NCBI RefSeq assembly: GCF_016495405.1 | Contig: NZ_CP044522.1 | Location: forward strand, 2,991,638 to 3,023,637 | Direction: 5' to 3' | Source: Cobetia sp. cqz5-12 | Lineage (GTDB): Bacteria; Pseudomonadota; Gammaproteobacteria; Pseudomonadales; Halomonadaceae | DNA: 32,000 bases | Position numbers and translations under genes: made by a program | Notes under the pieces: generated by a model | Seen by the model: the letters and a program-made list of their open reading frames with translations, nothing else | Told to the model about the DNA's origin: nothing | Databases searched by the model: none | Part shown: in pieces, positions 1 to 9,900 of the stretch | Numbering within the stretch: position 1 is the first letter of the stretch | How the letters are laid out: every line of letters begins with the position of its first letter

Positions 1-194
1 ACCGCATGACATGCCCCACTCCCGCCTGTGACTAGGCGCCGTCATCTGACCTGCGGATGCCTGCAAAAGACCTGACGCCCATGACAGCTTTCGACCAAGG
101 TCGTCATTCGGCGTTGACTGGAGGGCAAGGCATGCGAAAATTGGCCATCGTTGTCCCTCCTGCATTTATCGCCCACGAGAAGGAATGATCGCTG

Positions 195-1064
195 ATGTCA
201 GCACAACTGATAGATGGCAAGGCCATTGCCGAACGCGTACGCCAACAGGTAGGCCGTCAGGTCGATGCGCGTCGTGATGCCGGTGAACGTATTCCGGGGC
301 TTGCCGTCGTGCTGGTCGGTGAAGATGCGGCCTCCGAGGTCTATGTCCGCAACAAGCACCTCGCCTGCGAGAAGGCTGGCATCCTCTCCACCCAACACCG
401 CCTGTCCGCTGACACCACCCAGCAGGAACTGGAAGCCCTGGTCGACCAGCTCAATGATGACACCAGCATTGATGGCATCCTGGTGCAGCTGCCGCTGCCG
501 GCGCATCTCGATTCACGCCCGATTCTCGAGCGCATTCGCACCGACAAGGACGTGGATGGCTTCCACCCCTACAACCTCGGTCGTCTGGCGCAGCGCCTGC
601 CGGTGATGCGCCCCTGCACCCCCAAGGGCATCATGACGCTGCTGTCCGAGAGCGGCCTGCAGGTGCGCGGCATGGACGCCACCATCGTGGGCGCCTCCAA
701 CATCGTCGGTCGTCCGATGTCACTGGAGCTGATGCTGGCCGGCTGCACCACTACCGTCTGTCACCGCTTCACCAAGGACCTGGAGAGCAAGGTCCGCCAG
801 GCAGACCTCGTCGTGGTCGGCGTCGGCAAGCCGGGCTTGGTCAAGGGTGAGTGGATCAAGGAAGGCGCCATCGTCATCGATGTGGGCATCAACCGCCTCG
901 ACAACGGCTCACTGGTCGGTGACGTGGAGTTCGCCCCGGCAGCGGAGCGTGCAGGCTGGATCACGCCGGTACCGGGCGGCGTCGGACCGATGACCGTTGC
1001 CTCGCTGCTGGAGAACACCCTGTTCGCCGCCGAGCTGCACGATGCCCAGTTGGCCGGCAAGTAA
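195..1064 (+). CDS. folD: Bifunctional methylenetetrahydrofolate dehydrogenase / methenyltetrahydrofolate cyclohydrolase
   Basis: 289-aa ORF with ATG at 195 preceded by GAAGGAA. Full-length resemblance to FolD ([40 protein letters not shown]). Confidence 0.95.
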   Translation: MSAQLIDGKAIAERVRQQVGRQVDARRDAGERIPGLAVVLVGEDAASEVYVRNKHLACEKAGILSTQHRLSADTTQQELEALVDQLNDDTSIDGILVQLPLPAHLDSRPILERIRTDKDVDGFHPYNLGRLAQRLPVMRPCTPKGIMTLLSESGLQVRGMDATIVGASNIVGRPMSLELMLAGCTTTVCHRFTKDLESKVRQADLVVVGVGKPGLVKGEWIKEGAIVIDVGINRLDNGSLVGDVEFAPAAERAGWITPVPGGVGPMTVASLLENTLFAAELHDAQLAGK

Positions 1065-1149
1065 GCACGCACCCTCTCGCTGACAACTCCCCTAGCCGCG
1101 GGGCATCGCATGACAGGATGCCCCGCAGGCCCTGCTTCAGGATTTCACC

Positions 1150-1860
1150 ATGTCCCTCAAGACACTTGGCATCATCGGCGCCATGGCCGAGGAAGTCGCC
1201 ATCCTCGCCGAGCTGTTGGAAGACAGCATCACGACTCAACATGCCGGCTCCACCTTCCACGTCGGCCAGCTGCACGGCCTCAAGATCGTGCTGCTGCAGT
1301 CCGGCATCGGCAAGGTCAATGCGGCCGTCGGTGCCTGCCAGCTGATCGAGCGCTACCAGCCGGACGCCATCATCAACACCGGGTCCGCCGGGGGCTTCGC
1401 CTCTGATCTGGAGATCGGCGACGTGGTCATCTCCAGCGAAGTGCGTCACCACGACGTCGATGCCGTGGTGTTCGGCTACGAATACGGCCAGGTGCCGCAG
1501 ATGCCGGCCGCCTTCCCGTCAGACCCGGCACTGGTGAAGATCGCGCGTGAGTGCGTCGAAGCCCAGGGCGAGATCAAGGCACGTGAAGGCCTGATCTGCA
1601 CCGGCGACATCTTCATGGCAGACCCGAAACTGGTCGCGCTGACTCGCTCACGCTTCCCGGACATGCTGGCCGCCGAGATGGAAGCCGCCGCCATCGCCCA
1701 GACCTGCTTCGTCTACGACATGCCGTTCGTGGTAATCCGTGCACTGTCGGACATCGCCGGCAAGGACAACAACAGCCAATCCTTCGAGGAATTCCTGCAC
1801 GTCGCCGCACGTCAGTCCTCGCGCATGGTCGAGGCCATGGTCAAGCGCCTCGCCAGCTGA
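1150..1860 (+). CDS. mtnN: 5'-methylthioadenosine / S-adenosylhomocysteine nucleosidase
   Basis: 236-aa ORF with Pfs/MtnN-like motifs (GIIGAMAEE, SGIGKVNAA, NTGSAGG, EMEAAAIAQ, IRALSD). Lies 85 nt downstream of folD on the same strand. Confidence 0.92.
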   Translation: MSLKTLGIIGAMAEEVAILAELLEDSITTQHAGSTFHVGQLHGLKIVLLQSGIGKVNAAVGACQLIERYQPDAIINTGSAGGFASDLEIGDVVISSEVRHHDVDAVVFGYEYGQVPQMPAAFPSDPALVKIARECVEAQGEIKAREGLICTGDIFMADPKLVALTRSRFPDMLAAEMEAAAIAQTCFVYDMPFVVIRALSDIAGKDNNSQSFEEFLHVAARQSSRMVEAMVKRLAS

Positions 1861-1898
1861 TCGCAGACGATTCGAAAGCGGTGCTGGTTGACAACGCA

Positions 1899-1939
1899 CA
1901 AAAAACCGCCGCCCCCCTCACGGGACGGCGGTTTTTTTC
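1899..1939. terminator. Bidirectional Rho-independent terminator between convergent mtnN and cysS
   Basis: Stem AACCGCCG (1904-1911) pairs with CGGCGGTT (1926-1933). It is flanked by an A-run on the left and a T-run on the right. Confidence 0.8.
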
Positions 1940-1967
1940 ATACTGACATCGCATCACGCAAGTGACA

Positions 1968-3380
1968 TCAGCCCTCCAGCACCCAGGTCGTTCCCTCACG
2001 GGAGTCCTTGAGGATGATGCCCTGAGCGGCCAGCTCGTCACGAATGCGGTCCGCACCCGCGAAATCCTTGGCCTTCTTGGCGGCAGCACGTGCCTCGATC
2101 TGCGCCTGGATCTCGTCTTCCGACAACGACAATGCAGCAGTGTCGCCCTTGAGGAAGACCGCTGGGTCCTGACCGAACAGCCCCAGCAGGCCGCCCAGCG
2201 CGGTCAGTTCGAAGGCCAGCGCCGGCGCCTGCTGCGGTGACTCCTTCTTGGCACGGTTCAGCTCGCGAGCCAGCTCGAACAGCACCGACAGCGCACCGGC
2301 CGTATTGAAGTCGTCATCCATGGCAGCCACGAAGCGAGCCCGCCAGTCGCCTGACACCTCGCCTTGCTCAGGCGTGACATTTTCCAGCGCATTGTAGAAG
2401 CGCTCCAGCGAACGACGCGCTTCATCCAGCGAGTTGGCCTCGTAGCTGATCGCGCTGCGGTAGTGGCTGGCCACCAGCAGGTAACGCACCACTTCCGGGT
2501 TGTGCTGCTCCAGCACATCACGAATCGTGAAGAAGTTGCCCAGCGACTTGGACATCTTGTCCTGCCCGACACGCACCGCGCCGGCATGCATCCACACATT
2601 GGCGTACTGCTGGCCAGTGGCAGCTTCGGACTGGGCGATCTCGTTCTCGTGATGCGGGAAGGTCAGGTCCGGCCCGCCGCCGTGGATATCGAAGGTGTTG
2701 CCCAGGCAGCAGGTCGACATCGCGGAGCACTCGATATGCCAACCCGGACGTCCATCGCCCCAGGGGGACGGCCAGCTGGCCTCGCCCGGCTTGGCGGCCT
2801 TCCACAGCACGAAGTCGAGCGGGTCTTCCTTGGCCTCTTCCACTTCCACACGCGCGCCGGACTGCATGTCATCGAGCTGACGGTTGTTGAGCTTGCCGTA
2901 GCCCTCGAAACGACGCACACGGTAGTAGACATCACCGTTGCTGGCCGCGTAGGCAAAGCCCTTGTCGATCAGCGTCTCGGTCATCGCGATGATATCGCCG
3001 ATGTGGGCGGTCGCCCGTGGCTCGCGATCAGGACGCAGAATCCCCAAGCGCCCTTCATCTTCATGCATCGCCTGGATCATGCGCTCGGTCAGCGCCTCGA
3101 AGGCCTCGCCATTCTCGTCGGCGCGCTTGAGGATCTTGTCGTCGATATCGGTGATGTTGCGCACATAGGTGACGTCATAGCCACGCGCACGCAGGTAACG
3201 CGTGATGATGTCGAAGGCCACCATCACACGCGCATGGCCGATGTGACAGAGGTCATAGACCGTCACGCCACAGACGTACATGCGCACCTTGTTGCCTTCC
3301 AATGGCACGAAGGGTGCCTTGGTCCGGCTCAGGGTACTGTAGATGGACAGTGTGCTCGCGGCATCTTCGAGTGAAATCAT
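1968..3380 (-). CDS. cysS: Cysteine--tRNA ligase
   Basis: 470-aa ORF with class I aaRS HIGH (CHIGHAR) and KMSKS (KMSKSLGN) motifs, collinear with E. coli CysS. ATG at 3380 gives about 9 extra N-terminal residues relative to E. coli, so the exact start is somewhat uncertain. Confidence 0.94.
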   Translation of the reverse strand: MISLEDAASTLSIYSTLSRTKAPFVPLEGNKVRMYVCGVTVYDLCHIGHARVMVAFDIITRYLRARGYDVTYVRNITDIDDKILKRADENGEAFEALTERMIQAMHEDEGRLGILRPDREPRATAHIGDIIAMTETLIDKGFAYAASNGDVYYRVRRFEGYGKLNNRQLDDMQSGARVEVEEAKEDPLDFVLWKAAKPGEASWPSPWGDGRPGWHIECSAMSTCCLGNTFDIHGGGPDLTFPHHENEIAQSEAATGQQYANVWMHAGAVRVGQDKMSKSLGNFFTIRDVLEQHNPEVVRYLLVASHYRSAISYEANSLDEARRSLERFYNALENVTPEQGEVSGDWRARFVAAMDDDFNTAGALSVLFELARELNRAKKESPQQAPALAFELTALGGLLGLFGQDPAVFLKGDTAALSLSEDEIQAQIEARAAAKKAKDFAGADRIRDELAAQGIILKDSREGTTWVLEG

Positions 3381-3523
3381 TCAGTCATCGCCCTTGGCTA
3401 CTTTGCTGACAGCGCTCTGCCAGCCTTGCGAAATGGAGCGGCCCGCAGGCCGGTCATGCAGCTTCGTCATCGAAGGTACAGGATCAGCCTGCGGGCCGTG
3501 AAGCGGGTCAAAAGTCATGCCAG

Positions 3524-3545
3524 CAGGCCTCCCGCGGGAGGCCTG
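3524..3545 (-). terminator. GC-rich hairpin just downstream of the glnS stop (terminator-like, non-canonical)
   Basis: CAGGCCTCCC (3524-3533) pairs with GGGAGGCCTG (3536-3545), a perfect 10-bp inverted repeat. On the minus strand a TTTT run follows only after about 11 nt, so this is not a textbook intrinsic terminator. Confidence 0.4.
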
Positions 3546-3552
3546 GCTGCCA

Positions 3553-5232
3553 TCAACCCTTCTTCTGGGCCTTGGCCCAGCCGTCCTTCAGGCTGACGGT
3601 GCGGTTGAAGACCAGTGCACCATCGACGCAGTCATGGCGGTCGGCGACGAAGTAACCGATACGCTCGAACTGGTAACGCGTTTCCGGCGCGGCATTGCGC
3701 AGGCTCGGCTCACCGAAGCCCTTGACGATGCTCAGCGAGTTCGGATTGAGGTGCTCAAGGAAGTCGACATCCTTGTCACGGTCCGGCTCGGCTTCCAGGA
3801 ACAGGTTCTCGTACTGACGCACCTCGACCGGCACCGCGTGCTCGGCGCTGACCCAGTGGATGACACCCTTGACCTTGCGGCCTTCCGGGTTCTTGCCGAG
3901 GGTATCGAGGTCGACACTGCAACGCAGCTCGACGATCTCGCCGGCCTCATCCTTGATCACTTCATCACAGCGGATGACGTAACCGTTGCGCAGACGCACT
4001 TCCTTCTCGGGCGCGAGGCGGAAGAACTTCTTCGGCGCATCCTCCATGAAGTCGTCGGCATCGATCCACAGCTCACGGGTCAGCGGAATCTGGCGCATGC
4101 CCATGTCGTCACGTGCCGGATGACCGGGCACCTCGAAGACTTCCTCGTGACCTTCCGGCAGGTTGGTCAGCACCACCTTGAGCGGATTGAGCACGCACAT
4201 GGCCCGCAGCGCGTTGTCTTCCAGGTCGGAACGGATGGCATGGTGCAACATGCCGATCTCGACCATGCCGCCATCTGCGCGGCTCACGCCGATCATGTCG
4301 CAGAACTTGCGGATGGAAGCCGCGGTGTAGCCACGACGGCGCATGCCGGAGATGGTCGGCATGCGCGGATCATCCCAGCCATCGACGACGCCTTCGTCCA
4401 CCAGCAGCTTCAGCTTGCGCTTGGAAGTGACGGTGTAGTCCAGGTTCAGGCGTGCAAACTCGATCTGACGCGGCGTGACCGGTACCGGCAGATTGGCCAG
4501 GAACCACTCATACAGCGGACGATGGTCCTCGAATTCCAGCGTACAGATGGAATGCGTCACGCCTTCCAGCGCATCGGACTGACCATGCGTGAAATCGTAG
4601 GACGGGTAGATCTTCCACTTGTCGCCGGTCTGGTGGTGGCTGGCATGGCGGATACGATAGAGGATCGGATCACGCAGATTGATGTTGGGCGCCGCCATGT
4701 CGATACGGGCACGCAGCACCTTCTCGCTCTCGCCGAATTCACCCTTCTTCATGCGTTCGAGCAGATCGAGGTTTTCCTCAGGGCTACGCTCACGGTAAGG
4801 GCTCGGGCGACCCGGCTCCTTCAGCGTGCCACGATATTCACGAATCTCGTCCGGCGACAGGTCATCGACATAGGCCTTGCCTTCACGCACCAGGTGCTGG
4901 GCCCAGGCATAGAGCTGGTCGAAATAATCGGAAGCGAAGCGCACCTTGCCGGCCCACTCGAAGCCCAACCATTCGACGTCTTCCTTGATGGCGTCGATAT
5001 AGGCCTGCTCTTCCTTGGCCGGGTTGGTGTCATCGAAGCGCAGGTGACAATCGCCACCGAGCTGCTGCGCCAGACCGAAGTTCAGACAGATCGACTTGGC
5101 GTGCCCGATATGCAGGAAGCCATTGGGCTCCGGCGGGAAACGCGTGACAACCTTATCGGCACGGCCGGCCTCGAGTTCTTCGCGGATCTGGTTAAGCACG
5201 AAGTTCGGAGCGCTCTGGGTCTCGGTACTCAT
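3553..5232 (-). CDS. glnS: Glutamine--tRNA ligase
   Basis: The ORF track gives 3553..5448. Alignment by eye to E. coli GlnS ([20 protein letters not shown]..., [30 protein letters not shown]) places the start at the ATG at 5232 (559 aa). The upstream 72 codons have no GlnS counterpart. Confidence 0.94.
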   Translation of the reverse strand: MSTETQSAPNFVLNQIREELEAGRADKVVTRFPPEPNGFLHIGHAKSICLNFGLAQQLGGDCHLRFDDTNPAKEEQAYIDAIKEDVEWLGFEWAGKVRFASDYFDQLYAWAQHLVREGKAYVDDLSPDEIREYRGTLKEPGRPSPYRERSPEENLDLLERMKKGEFGESEKVLRARIDMAAPNINLRDPILYRIRHASHHQTGDKWKIYPSYDFTHGQSDALEGVTHSICTLEFEDHRPLYEWFLANLPVPVTPRQIEFARLNLDYTVTSKRKLKLLVDEGVVDGWDDPRMPTISGMRRRGYTAASIRKFCDMIGVSRADGGMVEIGMLHHAIRSDLEDNALRAMCVLNPLKVVLTNLPEGHEEVFEVPGHPARDDMGMRQIPLTRELWIDADDFMEDAPKKFFRLAPEKEVRLRNGYVIRCDEVIKDEAGEIVELRCSVDLDTLGKNPEGRKVKGVIHWVSAEHAVPVEVRQYENLFLEAEPDRDKDVDFLEHLNPNSLSIVKGFGEPSLRNAAPETRYQFERIGYFVADRHDCVDGALVFNRTVSLKDGWAKAQKKG

Positions 5233-5364
5233 GAAGTTTCGCTGCACCTCTGTGTGGTTCCTGGGCGTCGTATTGCGGGTCGTCATGTGGTTGAACGAAC
5301 GTGCGCAAGGACAACAAGACGGATGATCGGGGCTGCATCCACGCGCCTGCCGCCCGCTCAGGCT

Positions 5365-5393
5365 TTCGTGTCTGGATGCAAAGCCGCTATTAT
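5365..5393 (+). promoter_or_regulatory. Candidate sigma70 promoter for ppiB
   Basis: TTCGTG (5365-5370), a 17-nt spacer, then TATTAT (5388-5393), about 78 nt upstream of the ppiB ATG. This is a hexamer match only. Confidence 0.3.
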
Positions 5394-5470
5394 AGCGCGA
5401 CGCCCGCAGGCGATGCCATGAAGCCGCGCCTGCCTGACACTTGAGCAAGACAGATGACCGGGAAGCCCGA

Positions 5471-5965
5471 ATGATCGTTCTTCACACCAACTACGGCGAT
5501 ATCACCCTCGAACTCAACCACGAGAAGGCCCCGAAGACCGCGGCCAACTTCGAGCAGTACGTGCGTGAAGGCCACTACAGCAATGTCCTTTTCCACCGCG
5601 TCATTCCGGGTTTCATGGTTCAGGGCGGTGGCTTTGACACCGACTTCAACCAGAAGCCGACCAATGGCGTGATCGAGAACGAAGCCGACAACGGCCTCAA
5701 GAACGATCGCGGCACCGTGGCCATGGCTCGCACCATGGACCCGCACTCCGCCAGCGCCCAATTCTTCATCAACGTCAATGACAACGACTTCCTGAACTTC
5801 ACCAGCAAGACCAGCCAGGGCTGGGGTTACTGCGTGTTCGGCAAGGTCGTCGAAGGCATGGACGTGGTCGAGAAGATCGAAGCGGTCAAGACCACCCGTC
5901 GCGACGGCCACGCCGACGTGCCGGCAGAAGACGTGATCATCACCAGCGCTGAAATCACCGAATAA
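5471..5965 (+). CDS. ppiB: Peptidyl-prolyl cis-trans isomerase B (cyclophilin type)
   Basis: The ORF-track start at 5441 is a TTG. The ATG at 5471 ([15 protein letters not shown]...) aligns with the E. coli PpiB N-terminus. Cyclophilin motifs are present ([47 protein letters not shown]). Confidence 0.93.
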   Translation: MIVLHTNYGDITLELNHEKAPKTAANFEQYVREGHYSNVLFHRVIPGFMVQGGGFDTDFNQKPTNGVIENEADNGLKNDRGTVAMARTMDPHSASAQFFINVNDNDFLNFTSKTSQGWGYCVFGKVVEGMDVVEKIEAVKTTRRDGHADVPAEDVIITSAEITE

Positions 5966-6117
5966 GCGATTTCGCCTGATCACGCCGCAAGGCGTGCCTG
6001 CCGCCCGGCCTTGCCTCGTGATCGCGAGCGCCAGGCTGGGCGGTTTGCGTTATGAACTCCCACGGCAGTGCGCCCTTGCGATGCCCTGCTGACCGCCCAC
6101 CTTCGCGGACCCCGACC

Positions 6118-6891
6118 ATGAACACGACTGCCACCACTCTCTTCATCTCCGACCTGCACCTGCAACCCGACACGCCCGAGATCGCCCAGGGCTTCCTCGA
6201 CTATCTGACACGCCTGGCAACCTGCCAGCCTGCCGTCGAACGTCTGTTCCTGCTGGGTGACATCTTCGAGGTCTGGGTCGGCGATGACTATCGCAACGAC
6301 TTCACCGACAGCATGAGCGCTGCGCTCAAGCGCATCGCCGAGCGCGGCACCGCGATCTTCTTCATGCATGGCAATCGCGACTTCCTGGTCGGCGAGACCT
6401 TCGCCGCCGAGGCCGGCGTGACCCTGCTCCCCGATCCGAGCGTGATCGAGCTCGATGGTGAGCGTGTACTGCTGATGCATGGCGACAGCATGTGCACCCG
6501 CGATGAGGCCTACATGAAGTTCCGCGCCATGACCCGCGACCCGCAGTGGCAGGCACAGATTCTGGCCATGCCGCTGGAGCAGCGCCTGGCGCTGGCCCAG
6601 TCACTGCGCATGCAGTCCGGCGAGACCAACAGCGAGAAGGACGAGGCGATCATGGACGTCACGCCTGAGGAAGTGGTGCGCGAGATGCGTGAGCACGACG
6701 TGCGCACGCTGATCCATGGCCATACGCATCGCCCGGCGGTGCATGAACTCGAGATCGATGGCGAGCCGGCGCGCCGCATCGTGCTCGGCGACTGGCGCCC
6801 GACTCAGGCCTTCGACATCATCGCCCGTGGCCAGGGGCCGGAGCTGCGTGAATTTGCACTGCCGCTGGTCGATGCGATCACCCACGGCTGA
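6118..6891 (+). CDS. lpxH: UDP-2,3-diacylglucosamine diphosphatase
   Basis: Metallophosphoesterase motifs match LpxH (FISDLHL, LGDIFEVWVGDD, GNRDF, HGHTHRP). The ATG at 6118 (MNTTATTLFISDLHL) fits the LpxH N-terminus, and the 22 upstream codons of the ORF track are likely spurious. Confidence 0.9.
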   Translation: MNTTATTLFISDLHLQPDTPEIAQGFLDYLTRLATCQPAVERLFLLGDIFEVWVGDDYRNDFTDSMSAALKRIAERGTAIFFMHGNRDFLVGETFAAEAGVTLLPDPSVIELDGERVLLMHGDSMCTRDEAYMKFRAMTRDPQWQAQILAMPLEQRLALAQSLRMQSGETNSEKDEAIMDVTPEEVVREMREHDVRTLIHGHTHRPAVHELEIDGEPARRIVLGDWRPTQAFDIIARGQGPELREFALPLVDAITHG

Positions 6892-6908
6892 TCGCTCAGC
6901 GCGCACCA

Positions 6909-6946
6909 AAAAGCCCCGCTGCCGGTCACGGCAGCGGGGCTTTTTG
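6909..6946. terminator. Bidirectional Rho-independent terminator between convergent lpxH and the STAND regulator gene
   Basis: AAAAAGCCCCGCTGCC ... GGCAGCGGGGCTTTTT: a 12-bp GC-rich stem with an A-run and a T-run on either side. Confidence 0.82.
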
Positions 6947-6976
6947 CTCACACTCTCACAGCGTCAAGCGTTTCGT

Positions 6977-9900
6977 TCAGGCCGGTGACGACGCCTTGCG
7001 GCGCGCACGCCCTTCGGCAATCTCCACCAGCTGATGCCAGCCCAGTACCGCGGGGGCGTCGGCGCTCGGCAACTCTTCCAGCAACACCTTCAGACGCTGA
7101 CACCGCTCGGCATCATGGGCATCGACCAGACGCAGCCAGGTGGCAAGCCCCATGGCTTCATGATGGGTGTTTTCCTGCTCGATGGAGTAGGACAGGCCCT
7201 GCTCGATCAGGGAGCGTACCTTCTCCAGCGGCAGTCCCTGAGCACTGCGCAGGCTCGCGACCAGATAGCTGACTTCTGACAGGTAGAAGGAATTGCGCTC
7301 CTGGGCGACCAGCAGCACCTTCTCCATGTATTCCTCGGCGGCAGCGTGCTCGTCCAGCGCCATCACGGCGTCCATGTACCAGAGGTTGGGGCGCTGATGA
7401 CGCTCGCGACCGGTCAGCTCGGCGAACTCGTTCATGCTCGACTGCAGCATGGACAGGCCATCGCGGTCGCCGTTCATCGCCCGCGCCCAGCCCAGCACGC
7501 CATGCGCGGCCATGTGCCACAGGTGAAGGTCCGCTGAGCGCGTCACTTCCAGGGCCCGTTCGGCGCGCTGGGTCGCCAGATGGGTGTGACCCAGCTGACG
7601 ATACAGGGAGGTGGAGAACATCAGCGCCATCGCCAGCGAACCGGGCTGGCCGATCTGCTCGGCCATGCGAATCGCCGCCTCGGCCTGCTGCTCGGCCTTC
7701 ACGTAGTCGCAGCGCAGGCACGATGTCCAGCTCTGCAGACAGGAAGCCGCGACCTGCGGGTGATCGCTGAACGGCAACCATTCGAGCACCATCGGGTGAT
7801 TGACCGGATCGATCTCATCCAGGTGCTCGCCCGCCACACGCACGCGACCGGCCCAGAACTCGCAGTGGGCACGCGCATAGTCGGCCAGACGACGATAGCG
7901 ATCATCGGAAAGCTCTTCCGCCAGCTCGCTGAGGCCCGAGGCCAGCGCGAAGGCATCGGCATGGGCATGACGCTCGCTGCAGCCGACCCACAGGCCCCAT
8001 TTGACGATGAAGGCCTGCTCGAGGTCCGGCTCGTCGTCCTCGACCAGCGCAGGGCTGCTGAGCAGGTTGCGTGCCTGCACGAAGCTCTCGTGGGCAATGC
8101 GTGAGCCATGGCCTTCCAGCGCGAAACCGGACTGGCCACGTACCGTCAGCAGGCTGACCTCGCGCTCTTCCTGGCCCTCGACATGCTTGAGGCAGGCCAG
8201 ACCGTTGTCCGCCATCTTGAGCGCGGTGCGGTTAGCGCTGATCTTGAGCGCCTCACGCGCCGAGAGCTCGAAGTAACGCGCGGCACGGCTGAAGTTCTGC
8301 GACTTGCGCAGATGAACAGCGAAGTAGCCGGGGTGACGACTGATCCAGGCGGGATACTTGTCCTCGATCAGCGCGACCACCTGATGGTGAATCCGGCGTC
8401 GCACATCCCGCGGACACGACAGATAGGCCGCTTCCTGGATCAGCTGATGGGTAAACTGGTAGTCGAATTCACTGTCGCTGCTGCAGGCCTCGATGATCTC
8501 CAGGCGCTGCATGTTCTCGATGGCGCGCTTGAGCCGCCCCTCCTCGAACTCACAGCTCTGGCGCACGAAGCTCAGCTTGAAGACACGCCCCAAGACCGCG
8601 GCGGCGTGGGCGACATCGCGCCCTTCTTCCAGCTGGTCGATGCGACTGGAGAGCAGACCGATCAGGCCCTTGGGCAACTCGTCGAGCTGCACCGGACGCC
8701 CTTCGCGGCGGTCCATGTCGAGACGACGGCAGATTTCCTGCAGGTAGAGCGGCACGCCATCGCAGCGCTCGATGAGCTGGCTGCGCATGCGCGGACTCAA
8801 GTGCAGGCGATAGCGACGTGACAGGTGCGACAGCAGGCGCGAGACCTGCATCGGATCGAGGCGACCCAGCGCGATGTGCTGGTCCCAGTTGAGCTTGACC
8901 GCCAGACTGTCGCGGCCGTTGTGGCTCGCGGCCAGCATGAAGCCGATGTTGATCGGCAGACGCGCCTGCAGGCCAGCCAGCACCTTGAGCGACGGCTCAT
9001 CGAGCCACTGCAGGTCATCGATCATCATCACCAGCGGACGCAGGCTGGCTGACTTCTCGATCACCAGATGCAGTACGCGCACGACGCGTTCGACCGTCTC
9101 GCTGGACTGGATCAGCACTTCGTCTTCCGCAGTATCTTCCGCCGTGCCGAGCACCGCGTGGAAGGAGCGACGCACTTCCTCGCTGATGCCCTGCAGCGCC
9201 TCGGAGGACTCGAAGAGCTGCTCGACACTTTCACGATCGATATTGCCGTCCAGACGCCAGCGGATCAGCGCCGTCACGACACTGTAGGGCTCCAGCTGCG
9301 AGAGACGCGTGGTCGGCATCCAGCACAGCCCCACATCCTGACTCTGCTCCAGCTGACGGAAATTGACCATCAGGGCCGACTTGCCCATGCCGGAGTTGCC
9401 ACTGACCAGCACGCTCTGGCGCAGGCCGATGCTGGCGCGGGCCAGCGCATCGCGCAGACGACGCAGCTCGCCCTCGCGACCGATCAAGGTCGGCAGTGAA
9501 GATTCACGGGTGCCGACACTGCTGCCCAGCACCAGCGCACGCAGACGCACGCGACCATCAGCGGCCAACAGGCGCGAGGTCAAGCGGGGTTGCAGGTCCA
9601 GTGCCGGCGGCATGTGTTGACTGGCTTCCTGGGAGATCACCAGCTCGCTGCCTTCGGCGGCGGTCATCAACTCGAGGGAATATTGCGTGACCTGACCCAG
9701 CGGGTCGGCCAGCTGACGCTCCGGCAGGTAGATGACCTGACCGGAGTGCAGGCCCGCTGACAGCGAGAAGGCCGGCGGCTTGCCTTCGCCGTCCCACAGC
9801 TTGGCGATCTCATCGGGGATCGCCTTGCTGCAGTGCTCATAGAGCGCGACCAGCTCGGCGAGCTGATGCGCCGGGCCGTGGGTGCCGAAACATGCCAGAC

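Noticed and set aside
3517-5421. 634-aa ORF on the plus strand.
   Set aside because: It lies entirely antisense to glnS. Its translation is low-complexity and rich in Arg/Ala/Leu/Val with no recognisable motifs. This is a typical shadow ORF of high-GC coding DNA, whereas the minus-strand frame is an unambiguous GlnS.
5233-5448. 5-prime extensions of ORF-track entries. Examples: glnS to 5448, OMP to 16363, rraA from 16254, ppsR from 21307, lpxH from 6052, rhodanese to 24951, MATE to 24315, HIBCH to 27026.
   Set aside because: The extra N-terminal residues have no counterpart in the respective protein families. They often begin at non-ATG codons and overlap neighbouring regulatory DNA. Internal ATG/GTG/TTG starts with Shine-Dalgarno sequences match the homologous N-termini.
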